Source of the DNA: an uncultured Halocynthiibacter sp.
Lineage (GTDB): Bacteria > Pseudomonadota > Alphaproteobacteria > Rhodobacterales > Rhodobacteraceae
Assembly: GCA_947503035.1 (NCBI GenBank)
Contig: CANNCD010000005.1
Location: 50,208-114,207 of the forward strand
Direction of reading: 5' to 3'
DNA length: 64,000 nt
Below the pieces are notes generated by a model. It saw nothing but the letters and a program-made list of their open reading frames with translations, had not been told where the DNA came from and ran no database searches. Numbering within the stretch: position 1 is the stretch's first letter; each line of letters begins with the position of its first letter. The translations under genes and the position numbers were made by a program. Positions 29,125-39,280 of the stretch are shown piece after piece.

Positions 29125-30273
29125 TTAGTGTGCCTTTAGCTTTAGTCGATTGTTCAACCAATTCGTAAAAATTGAGATTGAAAAATTCACGGTAAGAAAC
29201 GCCGCCATCAACAAGAAGATAAGTTCAAGCGTCTGCCCAGATTGCGTAATGGAATTCGATACAATGTAGAACATATCACTAAAGCCAATAGCGATACCGA
29301 TGGTGGTGGCTTTCATGATGAAAATCCACTGATTGCCCAATGGCGGAATGATGCTGCGTAGCGACATGGGCATCTTGATGCGGTGCCAAATTTGACCTTG
29401 TGTTAGTCCCACAGCCTGCCCCGCTTCAATCAAACCACTGGGCACTTGTTTGAGGCCACCGCGCACAACTTCTGCGATATACGCACTTCCGTACAATGTG
29501 ATCGCTGTGATCATCGCTACGAGTTCAATAGAAACGGTTATGCCCCCATTAAATCGAAGCCCTTTCAATGATGGGATTGACAACAACGGCTCACCCTCGG
29601 GACGCATCACAAACGCAACAATCACAGACATCGAGATGGCCGCAGCAATCCAAATTATCAAACCACGCAGCAAAGGCACCTTTCTCCACACCAAAAGCAC
29701 AGCCACGCTAGCTATGGCCAAAATCAAAGCGACCGCGACGCTAGGCGATACATTTAAGCCTGGCAACATAAGCCCACGATTTGACAAAAATACACTGTCA
29801 GCGAATGACATGGATTGGCGCGGTCCTGGGAAATGTATGAGAACTGAGTAAAGGAAAACGCCTTGCAAAATCAAAGGAATATTACGGAACGTTTGTACAA
29901 AAACTGTTGCGGCGGCCTTCACGCCAGGATGGGATGAATCGCGTCCAGTTCCGATGATGAAGCCAAAAATCGTTGCAAAAAAGATGGAAATAAAACCGAC
30001 GAAAATCGTATTTTGAAATCCTATTACCAAAGTCTTTGAATAGGGATCATTGATGGATCGCTCGACCAGAGAAAAGCTGTAGTCCCAGCCTGTACTGCGA
30101 TCTAAAAACCCAAAACCGTTCGTAATTCCTAGCGCAGCAAGGTTGACTTGGGCACTGCTCACTGCCCCCCAAATCGCTATGATTGAGATGATAACAAGCA
30201 ATACTTGTATCGTAATTTTTCGCTGTCTACTCTTCTTTCGAAGCACTTCTGTTGTCGTCATATTAGCCCCCAA
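29125..30273 (-). CDS. amino-acid ABC transporter permease (AapQ-like, long form)
   Basis: 382-aa multi-TM ORF. An alternative start lies at 30261. Confidence 0.85.
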   Translation of the reverse strand: MGANMTTTEVLRKKSRQRKITIQVLLVIISIIAIWGAVSSAQVNLAALGITNGFGFLDRSTGWDYSFSLVERSINDPYSKTLVIGFQNTIFVGFISIFFATIFGFIIGTGRDSSHPGVKAAATVFVQTFRNIPLILQGVFLYSVLIHFPGPRQSMSFADSVFLSNRGLMLPGLNVSPSVAVALILAIASVAVLLVWRKVPLLRGLIIWIAAAISMSVIVAFVMRPEGEPLLSIPSLKGLRFNGGITVSIELVAMITAITLYGSAYIAEVVRGGLKQVPSGLIEAGQAVGLTQGQIWHRIKMPMSLRSIIPPLGNQWIFIMKATTIGIAIGFSDMFYIVSNSITQSGQTLELIFLLMAAFLTVNFSISIFTNWLNNRLKLKAH

Positions 30274-30318
30274 ATATAAGTGAACCGCCCAATATCGATT
30301 GGGCGGTCCATATACTGT

Positions 30319-31356
30319 TTAGTCAAGGATCGGAGCGTAAAGAACGCCGCCGTGGCTCCAGAGATTGTTCAAGCCACGCTCAAGATTGTACGGGCTTTCA
30401 GAACCGAGGTTTCGATCGTAGATTTCACCGAAGTTACCAACTGCTGCGATCATTTCACGCGCCCAAGTATCACGGATGCCAAGACGCTCGCCCATTCCCG
30501 GTTCAACACCAAGAAGGCGTGCCACCTTAGGGTTCGGAGGTGTTGCGGCCATTTCTTCGACATTCGCAGAGGTGACGCCTTCTTCTTCGGCAATCAAAAG
30601 CGCCGCGATTGTCCAGTTCGCCATATCAACGAAACCTTCATCGCCTTGACGCATTGCTGCTGCGATTGGCTCGCTCGAGAGTTGGTCATTCAGAATGACG
30701 TGTGCGTCTGGGTTATCGAGTTCGGTCGCGCGTAGAACCGCCAGACTTGGGCCCCAACCCGCAAAGGCATCACAGCGATTTGCAAGATATGCCGCACGAA
30801 GTTCAGCCGCGCTTTCGTAGGACACCATGGTGTGCTCAACGCCAGCGGTCTGAAGGTAGTTTGCGGAAATACGTTCAATCGTTGTACCCGCTTCAACACA
30901 AACGGTACCGCCTTCGAGGCCGGACGAGTCCGAGATACCCAGATCACCGTGGACCATGAACTGTGTCCCACCAAAGAAGTAAGGCAAGCTGAACTGAAGA
31001 CCAAGCTCTGTATCGCGGCCCATTGTCCAACCTGTCGCCTTAATAATGATATCGACATCGCCGGACTGAAGTGCAGGGAAACGTTGGGCCCAGCTAAGCG
31101 GCACAATTTGCGCCTTGTCTGGATCACCAAGAATCGCGGTGGTCATTGCACGGCAAAGGTCGATATCAAGACCCTTCCATTCGTTCTTGTCGTTCACTTC
31201 GACAAAACCGAAGTAGCTACCGTTGTGGCCAGAGCACAACATAGTCCCGCGATCCATAATCTGCTGAACCGTCGCGCTCTGCGCGAATGATGCAGTTGGA
31301 GCCAAGGCTGCGCCCGCAAGACCCACTGCAATTGCAAGTGTCGTATTCTTTTTCAT
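30319..31356 (-). CDS. amino-acid ABC transporter substrate-binding protein (AapJ-like)
   Basis: 345 aa with a signal peptide (MKKNTTLAIAVGLAGAALAPTASFA). An AAGGAG RBS lies upstream. Confidence 0.85.
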   Translation of the reverse strand: MKKNTTLAIAVGLAGAALAPTASFAQSATVQQIMDRGTMLCSGHNGSYFGFVEVNDKNEWKGLDIDLCRAMTTAILGDPDKAQIVPLSWAQRFPALQSGDVDIIIKATGWTMGRDTELGLQFSLPYFFGGTQFMVHGDLGISDSSGLEGGTVCVEAGTTIERISANYLQTAGVEHTMVSYESAAELRAAYLANRCDAFAGWGPSLAVLRATELDNPDAHVILNDQLSSEPIAAAMRQGDEGFVDMANWTIAALLIAEEEGVTSANVEEMAATPPNPKVARLLGVEPGMGERLGIRDTWAREMIAAVGNFGEIYDRNLGSESPYNLERGLNNLWSHGGVLYAPILD

Positions 31357-31378
31357 GATTTCACTCCTTGTTGTTTGT

Positions 31379-31412
31379 GCTGTATGTCAGCACATATGTA
31401 TTGACATACAGC
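31379..31412. promoter_or_regulatory. 34-bp near-perfect palindrome upstream of the AapJ-like gene (operator or 5'-UTR hairpin)
   Basis: GCTGTATGTCA (31379-31389) / TGACATACAGC (31402-31412) form perfect 11-bp arms. The central ACATATGT is also palindromic, so 30 of 34 positions are self-complementary. It lies 23-56 nt upstream of the start codon. Confidence 0.5.
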
Positions 31413-31914
31413 ATGACGAGGCCAATTCATCGAGTCAACAATTTTAAATGAGTATCAGCTTTCGAATTATCAATTTGCCCAAAACAACCGCATATCACCT
31501 AAAATGAAAGGCACATCATTGTGTGGAAGTTCCTAAATAAGGTGGTGGCCGGAATTTCGGATACAAACTTGACCACCAGCCCCTCAAGATCAGAGAGCCG
31601 ATCATCTGTCCGGAGGAAGACGCCGTGGTGAAGATATTTTCAACGCATACAATCTCGGACAGTCCGCACTCATCATCGCAACTATCTTCACCGCTGAAGG
31701 AACCCCTGCGCCACCATCTTGCAAGTGCACAGGAACCTTTTCTCAGGCTTTCGCAAGCGGCAAACTCTCTCTTAGAGCGGATCGCTCCTGCCATCAGCCA
31801 CGGAGACAAGCAAGCCCGAATTTGATCAAAATCAGTCACAACACCTTCTAGATGCTATAGTGATGTTTTGAGCTAAATTGATTGAGCCGTCGCCAAGACA
31901 CCCTCCAAGCCGCA

Positions 31915-33279
31915 TCACTGGCTGAGCTGCCAAATTTGATTATTGAGATGGGACAGAAGCTTTGGCAGAGTTTCGCGTTGAATACGCCCGCCAAGACAAA
32001 TGCGCACGTTTTGGTCATGTATCCCCGCGGTGCGAAACGCGTTTTCAGGGGCAATGCCGATCTCGTGGTTGGACATATGGGACATCAACGTCGCACAGCT
32101 CACGTTCTCGGGGAGCCGCAGCCAGATATTAAATGCATGCGGGTGTGACCAAAACTCGGCCTCGGTGATTTCCTGCGCGGCGATTTCCTGACGGATGGCG
32201 CTTTCTTTGCGAATATAGCGTCGAATTTGATCCGCCGTGCCATCTAGAACCCAGCGGGTCGCAAGCGCCATACACACCGGCGAAGACATGCCTGATACGG
32301 CACGAATACCATTTTCAAGGGCGAAATTGGCCCTCGCATTGGGAGTGACGGTATAGGCAAGACGCAACCCCGCGCCAATGCACTTCGCAAGCCCCCCGAT
32401 GTACCACGTCAACTCAGGCGCGCTGGTTGCCATCGGAGGCGGCGCATCAGGTAGAACAAACCCATAGGCATCGTCCTCAATCAGCGGAAGACTGTGGCGG
32501 TTGATCACCTTGGCAATCTCAAGGCGGCGATGTTGAGGCACAATCATAGTGGTCGGATTGTGCAAGGTCGGATTAAGATAAAGCGCTTTTGGACCATGGC
32601 GGTGAATGGCCTCTTCGAGGGCGTCTGGCAAAATGCCATCCTTGTCCATCGGCAAACCAATCAGTTCAAGACCCAGCTGCGCCGCGATCTTTTTGAAGCC
32701 CGCATAGGTAATATCTTCGCACAAAATGCAATCACCAGGGCGCGCCAAAACAGTGAGGATCGCGAGCATCGTGGCATGTGCCCCAGGGGTGACCGACACG
32801 CGATCCAGATTGGGCACCAACCCACGCATAGACAGCCAGATCGACGCCGCTTCTTTGTCGACATCGCCGCCCATCGGTGCTTGATAGCGCAGCAGATGCA
32901 AGAGATCTTCGGACACGGCAGAAAGCCCTAAGCGCATGCGTTCGATAAGATCAGGATCCGTGGGTTCGGGCGGCGCATTCATGGTGAGATCATTCGCCAT
33001 CGCGCGGCGTTCATCGCTGGCACCGTTGATATTGTGCTGGGGCAACACAAAGGTGCCACGCCCAACATGTGATTCAACAAGTCCGCGACTGATCGCTTCG
33101 GTATAGCCACGTGAAACGGTTGTGAAATCAACGCCAATCATGTCGGCAAGCCGCCGCTGCGGCGGCAACCGATCACCGGGTAACAACACACGATCCTTCA
33201 TGTCCTGCGCAATACAATCGGCAATCGCCAAATACCGCGGTTTGCTCGCTTGTTCGATTCTTTTCGACCAATTCTCCAT
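31915..33279 (-). CDS. MocR/GabR-type regulator (GntR wHTH fused to a PLP-dependent aminotransferase-fold domain)
   Basis: wHTH segment LPPQRRLADMIGVDFTTVSRGYTEAISRGLVESHVGRGTFV. Aminotransferase fold with a PLP-lysine context (GGLAKCIGAGLRLAY). Start set at MENWSK (33279). Confidence 0.85.
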   Translation of the reverse strand: MENWSKRIEQASKPRYLAIADCIAQDMKDRVLLPGDRLPPQRRLADMIGVDFTTVSRGYTEAISRGLVESHVGRGTFVLPQHNINGASDERRAMANDLTMNAPPEPTDPDLIERMRLGLSAVSEDLLHLLRYQAPMGGDVDKEAASIWLSMRGLVPNLDRVSVTPGAHATMLAILTVLARPGDCILCEDITYAGFKKIAAQLGLELIGLPMDKDGILPDALEEAIHRHGPKALYLNPTLHNPTTMIVPQHRRLEIAKVINRHSLPLIEDDAYGFVLPDAPPPMATSAPELTWYIGGLAKCIGAGLRLAYTVTPNARANFALENGIRAVSGMSSPVCMALATRWVLDGTADQIRRYIRKESAIRQEIAAQEITEAEFWSHPHAFNIWLRLPENVSCATLMSHMSNHEIGIAPENAFRTAGIHDQNVRICLGGRIQRETLPKLLSHLNNQIWQLSQ

Positions 33280-33433
33280 TGCTCTCCGTTCATCCTTGCG
33301 CTTAGTGCCAACATTGTATGCATAGTATGCAATCAATATTAGGGCGAGAAGCAAGCCTGTAAAGCGCCAAAAAAACAAATACAGCCCAAATATTCGCATA
33401 TTTTATCCGGTATCGCACAGCAGTTAAGCAAAA

Positions 33434-33475
33434 GCGTACAATCAATACAATTGCATTGTATGTATAATTGTACGC
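33434..33475. promoter_or_regulatory. nested palindrome of TACAAT/ATTGTA hexamers in the MocR / nit-cluster divergent region
   Basis: The sequence reads GCGTACAAT-CAA-TACAAT-TGC-ATTGTA-TGTATA-ATTGTACGC. Outer arms are 9 bp and inner arms 6 bp. A further ATTGTA lies at 33313-33318. The element is 70-111 nt upstream of the first nit gene. Confidence 0.5.
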
Positions 33476-33544
33476 ACCAATAGAAGCCTACCGCATGACC
33501 TGACACACCTAAGGCAAGACAACCGCAAACTACAGGAGAGCGAA

Positions 33545-34027
33545 ATGCCAAAGGTAACAACACCAGCCCATAAAGACGGTGATTTCTTTGTGGACTACGA
33601 AGAGAAAGTATTCGAAGACGTACAGGCCGAAGAAGGCCAGAAAGCACTTGTGACCTTCCACTCTGTTGCCTTTGAGGGCTCTATTGGATTGGTGAATATC
33701 CTTCAGGCCATCCGCCTACAGCGCAAAGGTTTTGAGACGTCTGTGCTGCTTTATGGCCCAGGTGTGTCTTTGGGTGTTCAACGTGGTTTCCCGACATTGG
33801 GCGACGAAGCCTTTCCGGGCGCGCAGAACTATTCGGCCAACTTGAAAAAGTTCATGAAAGAGGGCGGCAAAGTCTATGCCTGCCGTTTTGCCCTGCAAAT
33901 GCTTATGGGCCACGGCGAGCCATCCTTGCTTCCTGGCATCGTGCCAATCGCACCGCAAGATGTGCTTGATCTCAAGTTGCTACACATCCGCGACGATGCG
34001 GTGATCGTGGACACCTGGACTGTCTAA
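33545..34027 (+). CDS. nitB: MSMEG_0572/Sll0783 family nitrogen-starvation-response protein (Nit1C cluster NitB-like)
   Basis: 160 aa, with RBS AGGAG upstream. The family is recognised from memory by sequence and by its position directly before the nitrilase. Confidence 0.75.
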   Translation: MPKVTTPAHKDGDFFVDYEEKVFEDVQAEEGQKALVTFHSVAFEGSIGLVNILQAIRLQRKGFETSVLLYGPGVSLGVQRGFPTLGDEAFPGAQNYSANLKKFMKEGGKVYACRFALQMLMGHGEPSLLPGIVPIAPQDVLDLKLLHIRDDAVIVDTWTV

Positions 34028-34139
34028 CACCGGAAGCTTTGGGGCGGCAACGGCGTCGCCCCAAGGCTCCGACCTTCAAATTTGAATTCATCTGATCATG
34101 GCGCGGTTTTCCCCGCCGATCACCCACAAAGGATGGCCT

Positions 34140-35112
<973 letters not shown>

Positions 35113-35126
<14 letters not shown>

Positions 35127-36213
35127 ATTGATCAATGAATTGCAGACCCATGGAATGCGGCTGGTTGACCCGACCGCGGGCATGGAAAGCCGTCGTGGCG
35201 GGGCGGGTCCAACGGATCACAAGGCCGTCACGATTGGCGACACCACGGTCATGGTCCCTGTCCACACCGCTCCGGCCTTTGACAGCCCCTACTGGGTGCA
35301 AGCGCCCGACGAAGACGGGTTCGCGCAAGTCAGCAAACAAGGCCAGCCGTTGGCCAAAATTCGGTTCCCGAACCGCCCCAAATTCTATGACCTGAAAACC
35401 GCAGATGGGGTGGAATACAGCAAAATCGCGACGCTGCACTCAAAGGACGTTCTGGCCACGACGGTTTTGCAAACCTGCATTCGGTATGAAAGCCGCAAGA
35501 AAACCTGCCAGTTCTGCTCTATCGGCCAGTCCCTCGCCGCGGGTCGCACGATTGCCCATAAAACGCCCCAACAGCTCGCCGAAGTTGCCAAGGCCGCTGT
35601 GGAATTGGATGGCGTGAAACACATGGTTATGACCACAGGCACCCCCGCCGGAAAAGATCGCGGCGCATCGGTGATGGTCGACAGCGCCCTTGCGATCAAG
35701 GCCGCGGTTGATTTGCCAATCCAAGGCCAATGCGAACCACCCGAAGACAACATCTGGCACGAGCGCATGTTTGAAGCGGGCATCGATGCGCTTGGCATGC
35801 ACCTTGAAGCCGTGACCCCAGAAGTGCGCGCACGCGTGATGCCCGGCAAGGCGCAAGTCAGCTTAGAGAAGTACTTTGACAGCTTCAAATCCGCGGTCCA
35901 AGTGTTCGGTCGCGGCCAAGTCTCGACCTATATTTTGGCCGGCCTCGGGGATACGCCCGAAGCGATCCTTGAGACCTCGCAAGAGCTTTGCAATATCGGG
36001 GTTTACCCCTTTGTGGTGCCATTCGTTCCTGTTTCGGGCACCCCAATGGAAAGCCACCCCGCGCCCGATGCAGATTTCATGGCACGTATCCTTAAGCCTT
36101 TGTCGGGCATGATTTTACGGGCAGGCATGAGCGCGGAAAGCGTAAAAGCAGGCTGTGCCAAATGTGGCGCGTGCTCGGCCCTTTCTGTCTACGAAAAATT
36201 GAGGGCGTCATGA
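35113..36213 (+). CDS. nitD: MSMEG_0568-type radical SAM protein
   Basis: 366 aa. Cys cluster [18 protein letters not shown] plus a C-terminal [16 protein letters not shown]. 14-nt overlap with the nitrilase gene. Confidence 0.8.
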
Positions 36214-36761
36214 GTTTTCAGAACCCCCGCATTTTTCTCTCACCCGATTTTATTATCCGCGCGGCGGCCAAACCTTGGGAACTTAACGGCGTTGAGGCCC
36301 TGCGCCGTCAAGTCTTTGTCGATGAACAAGGCATTTTCAAAGACCATGACCGCGACGCGATTGACGCGATTGCCATGCCGCTCGCGGCCATAAGCACGCT
36401 TGCGTCTGAGGCGGATCAAGTGGTCGGCACCGTGCGCATTCACGAAGAGGCACCGCGGTTGTGGCGCGGTTCGCGTTTGGCGGTGACTGAGAGCCATCGA
36501 CGCATGGGGCGCCTTGGCGCCGAACTCATTCGGTTGGCGGTTTGCACCGCACATGGGCGTGGCTGCGACAGGTTTCTTGCGCAGGTTCAGATGCAAAACG
36601 TGCGCCTCTTTAAACGCCTCCACTGGACCCCCTTGCAAGAGGTGAACGTCCACGGCGTCCCCCACATGGAGATGGAGGCCGACCTTAACGCCTACCCTGC
36701 GATCACGGACCCATTCGTCGGCTGGAAATCCCTTTCCCCGCACCGAAAGCGCAGCGCATGA
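36210..36761 (+). CDS. nitE: MSMEG_0567/Sll0786-type GNAT N-acetyltransferase
   Basis: ATGA overlap with the upstream gene. Motif A-like HRRMGRLGAELIRLAV. Confidence 0.8.
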   Translation: MSFQNPRIFLSPDFIIRAAAKPWELNGVEALRRQVFVDEQGIFKDHDRDAIDAIAMPLAAISTLASEADQVVGTVRIHEEAPRLWRGSRLAVTESHRRMGRLGAELIRLAVCTAHGRGCDRFLAQVQMQNVRLFKRLHWTPLQEVNVHGVPHMEMEADLNAYPAITDPFVGWKSLSPHRKRSA

Positions 36762-37741
36762 GAACTCAGCAGTCCCTTCGCCAGATCGCGCGTACGCTGC
36801 GTGACCATCCGTCCATCCGCAGCAAGCTCGACATCGCCCAAAGCACCGCAACACTTGGTTTGACCTCTGACAGCGCGGGCCAACCAGGCGATGATTGCGC
36901 CGTTTTGCCGACCCAAGACGGTTACGATTTATTCGCCTGCGAAGGGTTCATCAACGCTTTCGTACAGGCCGATCCGTGGTTTGCAGGGTGGTGCGGCGTG
37001 ATGGTGAACATTTCGGATATTCTATCTATGGGCGGTCACCCAAAGGCGGTCACCAACGCGATTTGGGCCCCAAGCGCCGATAAAGCGCAGCCTGTCCTTG
37101 CGGGAATGAAAGCCGCATCTCTGGCATATGGCGTGCCAATTGTGGGCGGACACACCAATCTCCATACGGATGAATTACAGCTTTCGGTGTCCATTCTTGG
37201 GCATGCGACAAATGTCATTTCAAGCTTTACGGCCCAGCCCGGTGACGTTCTGATCTGCGCGGTAGATTTACGAGGCAGCTACCGAGAGCCCTTCGACAAC
37301 TGGAACGCAGCCCTGACCGCAGCTCCTCAAACGCTTCGGACTACTATGGATATTTTGCCTAAACTGGCAAACAGTAACCTTGTACATTCAGGCAAAGACA
37401 TAAGCCAAGGCGGCATCGTTGGCACTGCACTGATGCTGGCTGAAGCCTCCGGTGTTGGCATCGACATTCAAGTCGATGCAGTGCCGCGCCCAGCGGAGGT
37501 TGCACTAGATCGCTGGCTTCGCAGCTTCCCAAGTTTCGGCTTTTTGCTCAGCGCAAGACCAGAGAATGTCGAGGCTATTTGCCAAGCATTTGTCGCCCGA
37601 GGGGTTTCCGCCGCAGCCTGCGGAGACATCAACGATGGCAGCGCTGTGCAGCTCTCAGGACGCGAAGAAACCGCCGTATTCTGGGATCATGAACGCACCC
37701 CTTATTTGAATTTAACAGCAAGAGAACCCCACCATGCCTGA
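36758..37741 (+). CDS. nitF: Sll0787-type AIR synthase-related (PurM/ThiL/HypE superfamily) protein
   Basis: ATGA overlap. PurM-superfamily N-terminal motif GDDCAVLP. 327 aa. Confidence 0.8.
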   Translation: MRTQQSLRQIARTLRDHPSIRSKLDIAQSTATLGLTSDSAGQPGDDCAVLPTQDGYDLFACEGFINAFVQADPWFAGWCGVMVNISDILSMGGHPKAVTNAIWAPSADKAQPVLAGMKAASLAYGVPIVGGHTNLHTDELQLSVSILGHATNVISSFTAQPGDVLICAVDLRGSYREPFDNWNAALTAAPQTLRTTMDILPKLANSNLVHSGKDISQGGIVGTALMLAEASGVGIDIQVDAVPRPAEVALDRWLRSFPSFGFLLSARPENVEAICQAFVARGVSAAACGDINDGSAVQLSGREETAVFWDHERTPYLNLTAREPHHA

Positions 37742-38012
37742 AGCACGTTTTACCATTCAATGGCCTGATGGTCAGACCGAAGACTGCTACTCACCATCGA
37801 CCGTTATTCGAGATTTCCTAGCTGCGGGGACCACATATACACTGAGTGACTTTCTATCTCAGAGCCGCTTGGCATTAGAAGAAGCCAGCACACGCGTAGA
37901 GGCCAAGTTTGGGTATCGCTGCACGAGTGCGGACGCACAATTGGAAAAAATCGAAAACGCCGCGCGCGCTTTTTCTGCAGCCGACAACGTTACATGCCTG
38001 TCGATCACCTAA
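37734..38012 (+). CDS. nitG: MSMEG_0570-type small protein of the Nit1C cluster
   Basis: 92-aa ORF overlapping the upstream gene by 8 nt. Its position and size match the conserved small gene of the cluster. Confidence 0.65.
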   Translation: MPEARFTIQWPDGQTEDCYSPSTVIRDFLAAGTTYTLSDFLSQSRLALEEASTRVEAKFGYRCTSADAQLEKIENAARAFSAADNVTCLSIT

Positions 38013-38023
38013 GGAATACATCC

Positions 38024-39280
38024 ATGAACCATCGCGAATATAAATCTATCGTCGTTGTCGGCGGTGGTCAGGCCGGCCTGTCGGTAAGTTACTATCTAAC
38101 ACAGGAAAACATCGACCATGTTATCTTGGAACGTCGGAAGAAATTCCATTCGTGGCGGGTCAATCGGTGGGATACTTTTTGTCTGGTCACGCCCAATTGG
38201 CAATGCCGTTTACCTGATTTCCCTTATGCAGGAAATGACCCTGATGGGTTTATGGTAAAGGACGAGATTGCGAATTATCTGGATGCCTTTGCACAGACGT
38301 TCAATCCGCCAATTGTTGAAGATTGCGAAGTGACACGGATCACAAAACGGCCCGAAGGCGGATACCTTGTTGACACGTCCATGGGTAACTATTCGACCGA
38401 CCAAGTCGTGATTGCCACCGGTGGTTATGACAACCCGATTGTCCCGCCCTATGCGGCCGACCTCGATCCCTCGATCATGCAAATGCATTCGGTAGACTAC
38501 CGCCGCCCAAGCCAAATGCCCGAGGGCGCAACCCTTGTGGTTGGCACGGGGCAATCGGGGGTTCAGCTGATGGAGGATTTGCACCTCGCTGGCCGCGACG
38601 TTCATCTCGCTGTGGGCCCTGCACCACGCTCGCCTCGGATGTACCGAGGACGAGACGCGACCGATTGGATGTATGATTTGGGCCACTACGACATCACAAT
38701 CGATAAACACCCAAACCCTGAACACGCGGTATCGAAGACCAATCACTATATGACTGGACGTGACGGCGGACACGAAATTGATCTGCGCAAATTTGCCCGC
38801 GATGGAGTGTCTTTATATGGCTCGGTCAGCGGCATGGACGACAAAAGTATTCAATTTCTGCCAGACTTGGAAAAGAACCTGGATGACGCGGATGAAAGCT
38901 ATCTTGGCATTTGTACGGCCATTGACGGCTACATTGAGAGGAACAATATCGATGCCCCTGTAGAGCCGGAATTTGAAAAGGTTTGGCGTCCAGAACAAGA
39001 GATCACTCACATTGATTGCGAGGCCCTCGGCATCACTTCAATCCTTTGGGCGATCGGGTTTCGCCCGAACTATGGGTGGATCGACGTCGATGTCTTCGAC
39101 GATCTGGGGCGTCCTGTTTACAGGCGCGGCGTGTGTGAAGAAGACGGGTTCTATTTCATCGGTCTGGGATGGTTGAACACATGGGGATCCGGCCGATTTT
39201 TGGGGATTAATGAAGACTCCAGATACTTGGTTGACGTGATTTCAGCACGACAAAAAAGCAAGATGCGCGAAGCATCATGA
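38024..39280 (+). CDS. nitH: MSMEG_0569-type flavin-dependent (class B FMO-like, two-dinucleotide-fold) oxidoreductase
   Basis: FAD fold VVVGGGQAGLS and a second fold LVVGTGQSGVQL. Start ATG 38024 follows AAGGAA. Confidence 0.85.
   Translation: MNHREYKSIVVVGGGQAGLSVSYYLTQENIDHVILERRKKFHSWRVNRWDTFCLVTPNWQCRLPDFPYAGNDPDGFMVKDEIANYLDAFAQTFNPPIVEDCEVTRITKRPEGGYLVDTSMGNYSTDQVVIATGGYDNPIVPPYAADLDPSIMQMHSVDYRRPSQMPEGATLVVGTGQSGVQLMEDLHLAGRDVHLAVGPAPRSPRMYRGRDATDWMYDLGHYDITIDKHPNPEHAVSKTNHYMTGRDGGHEIDLRKFARDGVSLYGSVSGMDDKSIQFLPDLEKNLDDADESYLGICTAIDGYIERNNIDAPVEPEFEKVWRPEQEITHIDCEALGITSILWAIGFRPNYGWIDVDVFDDLGRPVYRRGVCEEDGFYFIGLGWLNTWGSGRFLGINEDSRYLVDVISARQKSKMREAS

Noticed and set aside
31516-31839. 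A 107-aa minus-strand ORF, and the overlapping 66-aa plus-strand ORF, in the gap between the AapJ-like and MocR genes.
   Set aside because: There is no RBS and no family resemblance. The composition is Cys/Ser/Arg-rich and atypical of the neighbouring genes. The gap is left as unexplained non-coding sequence.
33280-33399. A 40-aa hydrophobic N-terminal extension of the MocR regulator, from the ORF-track start at 33399.
   Set aside because: MocR proteins begin with the wHTH. The extension would swallow part of the divergent promoter, including an ATTGTA repeat. The internal ATG at 33279 gives a normal N-terminus.
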